From assembly GCA_017516865.1 (NCBI GenBank), contig JAFXAU010000025.1:57971-121970 (forward strand): a stretch of 64,000 nt of DNA, given 5' to 3'. The DNA comes from Bacteroidales bacterium (GTDB lineage Bacteria; Bacteroidota; Bacteroidia; Bacteroidales; UBA1715). A model generated the notes under the pieces. It saw nothing but the letters and a program-made list of their open reading frames with translations, was not told the DNA's origin and did no database searches. This document shows positions 17,717 to 26,179 of this stretch, one piece after another (position 1 is the stretch's first letter; every line of letters starts with the position of its first letter). The position numbers and the translations under genes are program-made.

Positions 17717-19156
17717 TTACTGTATCAATTCTTCCCGATTTACGTCAAGTTTTAGGAAAATGAACAGCAACAGAGTAAATCCCCACAACGATGAACCGCC
17801 GTAGCTAAAGAACGGCAGCGGGATTCCAATGACAGGCATGAGACCTATTGTCATTCCTATGTTTATCATAACGTGCATGAATAATATGCTTGCAACGCAG
17901 TACCCATAAATTCGGCTAAATCGGGTTCGCTGTCGTTCGGCGACTTTCATAATTCTGATTATCAAGTAGATGAACAGGCCCAAAATAACCACCGCTCCGG
18001 CAAATCCCCATTCTTCGCCGATTGTACAGAAAATGAAGTCGGTACTTTGTTCCGGCACGAAGTTGTTCTTTGTCTGTGTTCCATTAAGAAATCCCTTTCC
18101 CGTCAAATCGCCGGAGCCGATTGCAATTTTCGATTGAATTACGTTAAATTCACTACCGCGCGGATCCGATTTCAACCCGAAAAATACTTCAATACGTGTC
18201 CGTTGGTGTTCTTCCAAGATGTTGTAGAACACGTATTCCACCGATTCTGAGATGACAACGGTTGATAGACCGATTCCGAATAAAAGAATTATGAAAAAGT
18301 TTTTCTTTTTATATGAAAACCACAAGGTCGGAACTAACAATATTCCGAATCCTGCCAAAAAACAGAAGAATTCATTTATTTGTAAATCAAATATGTGGTA
18401 GATAAGTATAGGAGTCAGGAAAATGATTGGGACTGCAATTAGGACTATTGGCTGAAGTTTGTGATTTTTCTGTAGTCCGTATGCAACGAACGAGATAAGG
18501 CAGATGCAAATTGCGAACAACGAGATACTTGCCCCGCCCCAAATAATCGACAGTGAGAAGACCAATATAAAATAAATGCCGACAAGCAAAACACCCAGTG
18601 GCATTCCTTCACGGTAAAAAACTAAGAAAAATGCTGCAAAAACGAGTGCGGTACCTGCATCGCCTTGCCATACGATTAAAGCGGCAGGAATCAGTAAAAT
18701 GAAGCAAGCAACGAACAAATCTTTCCATTTTTTGCCCGAAATGTGAATCCCATAACTTCCGAGATATTTTGCCACAGTCAGACTTGTGGCTAATTTTGCA
18801 AACTCCGACGGCTGAATCCGCAAAGGCCCAATTTCAATCCACGAACGGCCGCCGTTTACTTCTACGCCGAGAAAATATACCACAATGAGCGAAAGTATGA
18901 TAAATCCGTAGAAGAAATATGCAAATGAGAAATACATTCGGCTGTCGATGATGAGCACCGTCACGGCGACCAAAAATGCTGCAATAATCCAAATCAACTG
19001 TTTTCCGTATTTTTGAGAGACATCGAAAATTGACGCTGCCGTTTCGTCGAACACGGCGGAATAAATGTTTACCCAACCGGCAAAAACCAGAAATATGTAG
19101 ATTATTACAATCTGCCAATCCAAATTTTTAACAATATTTCCTACCTGTCGTGCCAT
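17717..19156 (-). CDS. rodA: Rod shape-determining protein RodA
   Basis: IQPSEFAK, QSKIAIGSG, PEQSTDFIF..IGEEWG, GIPLPFFSYGGSS; follows mrdA. Confidence 0.96.
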   Translation of the reverse strand: MARQVGNIVKNLDWQIVIIYIFLVFAGWVNIYSAVFDETAASIFDVSQKYGKQLIWIIAAFLVAVTVLIIDSRMYFSFAYFFYGFIILSLIVVYFLGVEVNGGRSWIEIGPLRIQPSEFAKLATSLTVAKYLGSYGIHISGKKWKDLFVACFILLIPAALIVWQGDAGTALVFAAFFLVFYREGMPLGVLLVGIYFILVFSLSIIWGGASISLFAICICLISFVAYGLQKNHKLQPIVLIAVPIIFLTPILIYHIFDLQINEFFCFLAGFGILLVPTLWFSYKKKNFFIILLFGIGLSTVVISESVEYVFYNILEEHQRTRIEVFFGLKSDPRGSEFNVIQSKIAIGSGDLTGKGFLNGTQTKNNFVPEQSTDFIFCTIGEEWGFAGAVVILGLFIYLIIRIMKVAERQRTRFSRIYGYCVASILFMHVMINIGMTIGLMPVIGIPLPFFSYGGSSLWGFTLLLFIFLKLDVNREELIQ

Positions 19157-20973
19157 TAGTGAATAAAATCTTTATCGAGAATCTGTTTTTCCCGCCATGT
19201 ATTTGTTATCGTTCCTTTTAAATATTTTTCTATCATCAAACTTGCAATTGGTGCAGCCCAGGTCGCTCCGAAACCAGCATTCTCAACATATACCGAAATT
19301 GCGATTTTAGGGTCTTCGCGAGGCGCAAAAGCCATAAAAATCGAGTGGTCGTCGCCGTGGGGGTTTTGTGCTGTACCAGTTTTTCCGCAAATGGAGATGT
19401 CTTTCAGTGCGACAAACCAAGCCGTTGCACCAGAGTATGGTTCGCCCTGTACGACTTGATACATTCCTTCTTGAACAATGTCGTAGTATTTCTCGGCAAT
19501 TTTGGTCTGATGTTTTTTGATGAAACTTTTGTCGAAAACTGTATCGTCAATTTCCTTCACTACGTGAGGGGTGTAGTAGTAGCCTTTATTTGCAATTGTA
19601 GCGGCCACGTTTGCCATTTGGAGCGGAGTCATGGTAATTTCTCCCTGACCAATTGATAAGGAAATAAGTGTCAGCGATTTCCAACGATTTTTACCGTATA
19701 CTTTATCGTAGTATTCCGCACGAGGAACTATGCCCGGACGTTCGCTCGGCAAGTCTATGCCAAGTTTGTCACCTAAGCCGAAGCTTTTTATGTGCGATTG
19801 CCATGTCAAAAATCCTTCGCGGACAGATTTATATTTCGGTGCGTCGAGAATTGCCCTGAATACGTTGCAATAGTAGGCGTTACAAGACATTTTTATTGAT
19901 TCAATCAAGTTTATCGGCGAATAGTGATTGTGACAGCCTACGTGCAATCCTCCCGAGTAGTATCCTGCCTGACAGCCGTACATGGTATTTGGGGTGATGA
20001 TTCCCTCTTGAAGACCAATCAATGCGTTCAATGTTTTGAATGTTGAGCCGGGAGGATAACGGTCGCCTTGTATTGGTCTGTTATACAATGGTTTGAGCGG
20101 GTCGCTCTCTAATTTTTTGTAGTTTTCGTTCACCAATCGACCGACCATGATGTTTGGGTCGAAGGTTGGGGCAGACACAAGGGCAAGAATTTCGCCAGTT
20201 TTCGGGTCAAGAGCTACGATACTGCCTTTTTTGTTTCTCATCAGTTCCTCGCCGTATTTTTGCAATTCTATGTCGAGTGTGGTCGTGATATTTTTTCCGA
20301 GAGTGACAGGTTTATCGTATTTTCCGTCTTCGAAGGAGCCTTTCACGCGACCTTTCACGTCAACTTGATAGTATTTGCCGCCTTTCACTCCTCTTAAATA
20401 TGGTTCATACCGTTTTTCTATACCAATTTTCCCGATGTAATCGCCTTGTTCGTAATACGGATTGGCGTCAATTTCTTTTTTGTTTACTTCGCTGATGTAC
20501 CCAAGCACCAACGCTCCGCAGTGATACGGATAATTTCGAACCGTACGTGTCTGGACATAAAAGCCTTGAAAATTAAATAACTGCTCTTGGAGTTTTGCGT
20601 AGGTTTCAGCACTAATTTGCTTAACAATAGGATAGGGGCGGAAACTACTTTTCTTTGCTTTTTTGAGTTCCGTGACGAATGTTTCTTTTGGCACATTGAT
20701 AATGGAAAGCAGTTTCAATGTGTCAAGATTTTTGATTTGTCCCGTGACGACCATTAAATCATAAGCCACTTCGTTTGCCACAATCAATTTCCCGTTTCTG
20801 TCATAAATCAGTCCTCGAGCAGGGTGCCGCACTTCGTAGCGACGACTATTATTCTCAGCATCAAGTTTATAGGAGTCGTCAATAACTTGAATATAAAACA
20901 ACCGAGCAATGTAGAGTAGGGCGACTGCTATATAAATCGCCGACAAAACAATTCTTCGATTGGAAAGATTCAT
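19156..20973 (-). CDS. mrdA: Penicillin-binding protein 2
   Basis: PARGLIYDRNG, PGSTFK, SCN, KTGT motifs; mre operon context. Confidence 0.96.
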   Translation of the reverse strand: MNLSNRRIVLSAIYIAVALLYIARLFYIQVIDDSYKLDAENNSRRYEVRHPARGLIYDRNGKLIVANEVAYDLMVVTGQIKNLDTLKLLSIINVPKETFVTELKKAKKSSFRPYPIVKQISAETYAKLQEQLFNFQGFYVQTRTVRNYPYHCGALVLGYISEVNKKEIDANPYYEQGDYIGKIGIEKRYEPYLRGVKGGKYYQVDVKGRVKGSFEDGKYDKPVTLGKNITTTLDIELQKYGEELMRNKKGSIVALDPKTGEILALVSAPTFDPNIMVGRLVNENYKKLESDPLKPLYNRPIQGDRYPPGSTFKTLNALIGLQEGIITPNTMYGCQAGYYSGGLHVGCHNHYSPINLIESIKMSCNAYYCNVFRAILDAPKYKSVREGFLTWQSHIKSFGLGDKLGIDLPSERPGIVPRAEYYDKVYGKNRWKSLTLISLSIGQGEITMTPLQMANVAATIANKGYYYTPHVVKEIDDTVFDKSFIKKHQTKIAEKYYDIVQEGMYQVVQGEPYSGATAWFVALKDISICGKTGTAQNPHGDDHSIFMAFAPREDPKIAISVYVENAGFGATWAAPIASLMIEKYLKGTITNTWREKQILDKDFIH

Positions 20974-20976
20974 AGT

Positions 20977-21480
20977 CTACTTTTTTATTACAAACTTCTC
21001 CGTGATGAGAATAATCAATACAGTTAAAATAATGTTAATCAACACTTTTACAAACATGAACGAGATGTTCTCCACGGTAAACGTAAAACAAAAATAGAGC
21101 ATAATGTGATGTATGGCAACGCAAGCCAATGTGTAGCGTGCCGCCCAACCAAAACCGAATACCGACATGAGCGGTTCGTTGTTGGCTTCGTAACCGATAC
21201 GCGGAGCCATAATATCCAAAATTTTTGGACGGAACACAGCCATCATTGTCATAGCACTTGCGTGTACACCCAATGAATTGATAGACAAGTCTATAATAAA
21301 ACCCGTCGCAAATGCCATAAGCAGAACTAGCGACGGCGACATGCTAACGGGAAGCAACAAAATAAACGCAACGTACAAATACGGAGAAATCATGCCGATA
21401 GCGGGAATATTGTTGAAGACCAATATCTGCAACAACATCAGCACCACAAAACGGATAATATATTTACCGACAAATTCCAT
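20977..21480 (-). CDS. mreD: Rod shape-determining protein MreD
   Basis: Hydrophobic 167 aa, PYLY..FILLLP, G..ID...GVHA; between mreC and mrdA. Confidence 0.9.
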   Translation of the reverse strand: MEFVGKYIIRFVVLMLLQILVFNNIPAIGMISPYLYVAFILLLPVSMSPSLVLLMAFATGFIIDLSINSLGVHASAMTMMAVFRPKILDIMAPRIGYEANNEPLMSVFGFGWAARYTLACVAIHHIMLYFCFTFTVENISFMFVKVLINIILTVLIILITEKFVIKK

Positions 21481-22295
21481 TATTCTGCTCCTTCGAGATT
21501 TTGACGTTCTTTTTTAAATAAATCTTTTACAACGTACACGTAGTCAAGTCTTTTGAAATCGGTCGAAAGCAGTACGTCTGCCGAAAAGAAGTTGTCGTTC
21601 TGATAAAACGACTCCACCGTTCCGACCATAATTCCGCTTGGGAATAAGTTTGAATATGAATTTGTGACTAACGTGTCGCCGTTTTTAATCACCGCATGAA
21701 GTGGAATTTCTTCCAAAGTTGCTAATTTGTAATTCTGCCCCGACCAACTTAATGAACCATAAAATCCTGAATTTTTGAATCGTGTGCTTACTTTGAAGTT
21801 CGTATTCAAAACCGTCATAATGAGCGAATAATGCTGTGATGTACGGACGACGACGCCGACAATTCCCGTCGGGCAAATCACCGCCATGTTTTTTTGTATT
21901 CCCTGCTTCCAGCCTTTGTTTATGACAATGAAATTCTGAATTTTATTGATTGAATTATTGAGAACTTTTGCAGGAATATATTCGTATTGCTGTTCATACT
22001 CCGTGTCTTCTACAACAGAAGAATTTACCGCATTGTCGTATTGCGAAAACTCTTGATTTTCATAAAGTTTTGCATTTTCTTCGACTAATCTGCGGTTTGC
22101 AAATTCAAGATAGAAGTATTGTGTGATTTTATGTGTGACGGAGTGTAATTTACCTTGAAACGCCGTAGAAACAGCTCCGTATTGACTTTTTTGTGGTTCG
22201 TTGAAGTTTACGATAAGAATAAAAGAAATTATCTGCAATACAAAGAAGAGCAATATAAAACTATGCTTCTCTATGAAGGCAAATAATTCTTTCAT
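21480..22295 (-). CDS. mreC: Rod shape-determining protein MreC
   Basis: N-terminal TM, coiled coil, INKG..QGI, GIVG, GDTLVT..S..FP.GI.VG. Confidence 0.93.
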   Translation of the reverse strand: MKELFAFIEKHSFILLFFVLQIISFILIVNFNEPQKSQYGAVSTAFQGKLHSVTHKITQYFYLEFANRRLVEENAKLYENQEFSQYDNAVNSSVVEDTEYEQQYEYIPAKVLNNSINKIQNFIVINKGWKQGIQKNMAVICPTGIVGVVVRTSQHYSLIMTVLNTNFKVSTRFKNSGFYGSLSWSGQNYKLATLEEIPLHAVIKNGDTLVTNSYSNLFPSGIMVGTVESFYQNDNFFSADVLLSTDFKRLDYVYVVKDLFKKERQNLEGAE

Positions 22296-22307
22296 TCGTA
22301 TACGTCA

Positions 22308-23333
22308 TTAGCGAATCAGGAACTGATATTTATCAATATTCTTCAGTGCAATACCTGTACCGCGTGCAACTGAGTGTAGCGGGTCTTCTGCAATCTTGAA
22401 TTTGATACCTGTTTTGCGTTGTAATCTTTCTGCCAAGCCCTTCAACAATGCACCACCGCCTGTCAGCCAAATACCATCGCGGGAAATGTCGGAATACAAT
22501 TCAGGAGGAGTTGCCTCCAATGCTGCGACAACGGCATTTTCAATTTGTGTCAGTGGTTCGTCGAGCCACGCTGCGATTTCTCTGTGGGAAATAGGAATTT
22601 CCAACGGAGCTGCCGTAACTTGGTGAGGACCTCTTACGAGATATTCTGTAGGAGGATTTTCGAGATCGGAAAGTGCTGAGCCGACACTCATCTTGATTTC
22701 TTCGGCAGTACGTTCACCCACTTTTATGCTGTGGTTTGCACGCAACGCTTCTTGAATTTTAGACGTAAATACGTCGCCGGCAACTTTTATAGACTTGTCG
22801 CATACGATACCGCCTAAGGCTATAACGGCGATTTCGGTTGTACCGCCACCTATGTCCACAATCATATTTCCTTGTGGTTCTTCAACGTCCAATCCAATAC
22901 CGATTGCAGCAGCCATCGGTTCGTGAATCATGTACACTTCACGACCGCCGGCATTTTCGGCAGAGTCACGAACGGCACGAAGTTCTACTTCGGTACAGCC
23001 TGACGGAATACAAATCACAATTTTCAACGATGGAGTAAACAAATGCGATTTGTTGTGTTCCATCATCTTAATCATACCGCGAATCATTATTTCGGCACAT
23101 TTAAAGTCGGCAATCACACCGTCTTTCATCGGTCGAACAACTTTCAATCCTTCGTGAGCCTTACCCATCATCTGGCGAGCTTTCGTTCCGATTGCCACCG
23201 CCTGCTGGGTTTGAGTATCCAATGTTACGATACTCGGTTCGTCAACAACAACTTTATCATCTTGAATGATGATTGTGTTTGCCGTTCCTAAGTCTATTGC
23301 AATTTCTTGCGAGAGAAATGAAAATAATCCCAT
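22308..23333 (-). CDS. mreB: Actin-like MreB
   Basis: IDLGTANT, EPMAAAIG, DIGGGTTE, LTGGGALL. Confidence 0.97.
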   Translation of the reverse strand: MGLFSFLSQEIAIDLGTANTIIIQDDKVVVDEPSIVTLDTQTQQAVAIGTKARQMMGKAHEGLKVVRPMKDGVIADFKCAEIMIRGMIKMMEHNKSHLFTPSLKIVICIPSGCTEVELRAVRDSAENAGGREVYMIHEPMAAAIGIGLDVEEPQGNMIVDIGGGTTEIAVIALGGIVCDKSIKVAGDVFTSKIQEALRANHSIKVGERTAEEIKMSVGSALSDLENPPTEYLVRGPHQVTAAPLEIPISHREIAAWLDEPLTQIENAVVAALEATPPELYSDISRDGIWLTGGGALLKGLAERLQRKTGIKFKIAEDPLHSVARGTGIALKNIDKYQFLIR

Positions 23334-23346
23334 TGTTTTCTATATT

Positions 23347-24936
23347 TTAATGTTTGAAATGTCTTCTTCCTGTAAACACCATTGCTATGCCGAACTCGTT
23401 GCATGCGTCAATTACTTCCTCGTCGCGGATGCTACCGCCTGGCTGAACAATGTATTTAATGCCAAATTCGTTGCATGCTTCCACGCTGTCTTTGAATGGG
23501 AAGAACGCATCGGAAATCAATACAGAATCCTCTATTTTGCATCCTTGTTTCAAGTTGAAACGTGGAATTGTCAAACGTTGCAAACTGTCGATACGGTTTG
23601 GCTGGCCCATTCCCGCACCTGTCAACCAATACGAGCCGTCTTCCGCCTGCGAAACGAGCGACATCGAGTTGCTTTTCAAGTATTTGCATGCTTGTGTGCC
23701 GAATTTTGCCAAATCAATTTGTTTTTCGCTGAACGTTTTGTTCGTAACTGGCTTGTATTCTGTGTCCATACCTTCGTCTTCGTCTTGTACCAACAGACCG
23801 CCGTTTACCGAACGATACAATTTCTCGCCTGTGATAGCAGGTTTAACTGGCGTTACCAAAACACGAAGATTTTTCTTCTTTGCCAAAATTTCTTTTGCTT
23901 CTGCTGTGTATGACGGAGCAATCATAATTTCGATGAATTTGCCCGTGAACCAGTTTGCAATTTCAGCATCAACTTCGCTTGTGAAGCAAACTATGCCGCC
24001 GTATGCGCTCACTGGGTCGCCCGCCCAAGCCAATTCCAACGCACGCATCGGTGTGCTTGCAACAGCCAAACCGCAAGGATTCAAGTGTTTTACAACCGAA
24101 ACGGCTACTTTATTTGGAACATTTTCCACCGAATTGTATGCGTCGCTCGCCGATTTCCAAGCTGCGTCGGCATCAAGCATATTGTTGTACGAAATTTCCT
24201 TTCCTTGCAGACAAGGTGAATTTGCCAACGTATGTTCCAAATTTGTGTTTGCAAATTGGTAGAACACAGCTTTTTGGTGTGGATTTTCGCCATAGCGGAG
24301 AACTTTCCCGTTTGTCAGGCTGATTTTTTCGGAACCTTCGTTGCCTTGGTTGAAGTAGTTGAAGATTGCCGAATCGTAGTGCGAGGATACATTGAATGCG
24401 TCGCAGGCGAAACTTTTTCTGTCTTCGATTGAGCTAACACCTTGTTTTTCAGCCAACAAAGCATCAAGTTTGCCGTATTGTTGTTTTGAAGCAACGATAA
24501 TCACATCTTTGAAATTCTTTGCCGCAGCACGAATCAAAGATATTCCGCCGATGTCGATTTTTTCAATAATGTCTTGTTCCGCAGCGCCCGAAGCAACTGT
24601 CTGTTCAAATGGATACAAGTCAACTATCACCAAATCAATTTCAGGAATTTGATATTGAGCCATTTGTGCCTGGTCGCCTTCGTTGTCGCGACGTGCAAGA
24701 ATACCGCCAAAAACTTTTGGATGAAGCGTTTTTACACGACCGCCGAGAATTGACGGATACGAAGTCAAACTTTCAACGGGAGTGACATTGCATCCCAATG
24801 ACTCCAAAAATGTCTGCGTTCCGCCAGTTGAGTAGAACGTAATCCCTAAATCTTTCAATTTCAGTACTATGCTATCCAAGCCGTCCTTGTGATAGACTGA
24901 AATTAACGCCGATTTGATTTTTTTATCTGCACTCAT
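23347..24936 (-). CDS. purH: Bifunctional AICAR transformylase / IMP cyclohydrolase
   Basis: GGRVKTLHP, IDIGG, LRYGENPHQ, KH.NPCG, SDAFFPF, QPGGSIRD, RHFKH. Confidence 0.97.
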   Translation of the reverse strand: MSADKKIKSALISVYHKDGLDSIVLKLKDLGITFYSTGGTQTFLESLGCNVTPVESLTSYPSILGGRVKTLHPKVFGGILARRDNEGDQAQMAQYQIPEIDLVIVDLYPFEQTVASGAAEQDIIEKIDIGGISLIRAAAKNFKDVIIVASKQQYGKLDALLAEKQGVSSIEDRKSFACDAFNVSSHYDSAIFNYFNQGNEGSEKISLTNGKVLRYGENPHQKAVFYQFANTNLEHTLANSPCLQGKEISYNNMLDADAAWKSASDAYNSVENVPNKVAVSVVKHLNPCGLAVASTPMRALELAWAGDPVSAYGGIVCFTSEVDAEIANWFTGKFIEIMIAPSYTAEAKEILAKKKNLRVLVTPVKPAITGEKLYRSVNGGLLVQDEDEGMDTEYKPVTNKTFSEKQIDLAKFGTQACKYLKSNSMSLVSQAEDGSYWLTGAGMGQPNRIDSLQRLTIPRFNLKQGCKIEDSVLISDAFFPFKDSVEACNEFGIKYIVQPGGSIRDEEVIDACNEFGIAMVFTGRRHFKH

Positions 24937-24977
24937 TATCTCAATTTTTATCTAAACAAAAGTAAAATTTTTATTCG

Positions 24978-25982
24978 TTATTCTGTTTTAAAAGCAAATT
25001 TCCTTACAAAAATATTTGTACCAACGCGCAAAGGGCTATCCACCGTGGCTTTGTTGATTTTTGCGAGTCGATTTGCCTGTATTCCGTAAAGTTGAGCAAT
25101 CGAATAGAATGTTTCACCTTCGGCAACTTTATGCGTCTGATATTTACTTTCGGCACGTAAAGCCTTTCGCTCTAAGTAAACAATCTCATTTTCAGAAATT
25201 TCGTGTCCGATTTTGAAATCGTTTACGTCATATAGTTTCCACATTGGAATGCCAAAATCCTTCGATACGGCAAAAATGCTTTCGTTCTTTTGTAGAATCA
25301 CGTATTTTTTACCGTTGTTCTTATAAACTTTTCGTCCCCGCTTCGTTGCGATGCTTTTGTTTTCGAGCAATTTTGGCGGTTCTACTGTAGACGCAGGTGC
25401 TTCAACGTCAACGACTTCCGCATGTTCTTCTTTTTCTTTTTGTTTGTCTTTTTCATCGAACATTTCAGCAGTCATCGTGTCGTATTTGTACAACTGAAAA
25501 TCTTCGATGATTTTAATGAGCATTTTCGGATAATCAGGATTCGTAGCGTAGCCGGCACGTTTCAGACCGTATGCCCACGAAGTGAAGTCGTTTTTGTCAA
25601 ATTCAAATAAAAACGCATATCGTTGACCGTTTCGCAGGAAATTTGAGTGGTCAATGTATGAATCATAAACTTTGTCATAAACGCGGAAACATTCGCCTTT
25701 GGCGTCGTCGTCGTGGTAAATGCGTTTTCCTTGCCACGAAGAGTGGCATTTTATTCCGAAATGATTATTTGAGGCGATAGACAAGTCGCTGTTTCCGTTG
25801 CTCGATTCCAAACAAGCCTGAGCAAGCGTGATGCTCGCAGGAATGCCCACACGTTGCATTTCCTGCACAGCCAATTTTGCATATTTCTCAATATACTCCT
25901 CGCGCGACATTTTTGTACCTTGAGCAATGCTCAGAAGGCTTATGCCGCACAGCAGTACCAAACTTGTTATCGTTCTTTTCAT
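24978..25982 (-). CDS. GH73 glucosaminidase with LysM domain(s)
   Basis: Signal peptide; IPASITLAQACLES, NNHFGIKC, GYATNP.Y; C-terminal HKVAEGETFYSIAQLYGI. Confidence 0.92.
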   Translation of the reverse strand: MKRTITSLVLLCGISLLSIAQGTKMSREEYIEKYAKLAVQEMQRVGIPASITLAQACLESSNGNSDLSIASNNHFGIKCHSSWQGKRIYHDDDAKGECFRVYDKVYDSYIDHSNFLRNGQRYAFLFEFDKNDFTSWAYGLKRAGYATNPDYPKMLIKIIEDFQLYKYDTMTAEMFDEKDKQKEKEEHAEVVDVEAPASTVEPPKLLENKSIATKRGRKVYKNNGKKYVILQKNESIFAVSKDFGIPMWKLYDVNDFKIGHEISENEIVYLERKALRAESKYQTHKVAEGETFYSIAQLYGIQANRLAKINKATVDSPLRVGTNIFVRKFAFKTE

Positions 25983-26093
25983 CTAAAAGAGATTACACCC
26001 ACGTTTTGACGTTCCCAAAATTACTGAACGTCAGCAATTTTTAAGAGCATTTTTATAAAAGAATTTCACAAGTTATCATCAATGTAATTTATT

Positions 26094-26121
26094 GCAGAAA
26101 CGACGTGCACATCGTCTCTGC
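26094..26121. repeat. 28-bp imperfect palindrome, REP-like family
   Basis: GCAGAAACGACGTGCACATCGTCTCTGC. Confidence 0.7.
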
Positions 26122-26145
26122 ATTACGTTCCGTGATGATATATCT

Positions 26146-26173
26146 GTAGCGACGTGCCATGGCGCGTCGCTAC
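26146..26173. repeat. 28-bp palindrome, GTAG-REP-like family
   Basis: GTAGCGACGTGCCATGGCGCGTCGCTAC (one mismatched pair), just downstream of the 2090-aa gene stop. Confidence 0.8.
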
Positions 26174-26179
26174 AAGGGA

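Noticed and set aside
23266-24262. Long antisense ORFs (e.g. 23266-23913, 23450-24262, 34355-35146, 29708-30370)
   Set aside because: Shadow frames opposite well-conserved genes, with no recognisable motifs
25985-26040. ZTP/purine riboswitch for the operon containing purH (TGACGTTC/GAACGTCA hairpin)
   Set aside because: Lacks ZTP consensus elements; purH has its own -7 box (TACTTTTG near 24957-24964)
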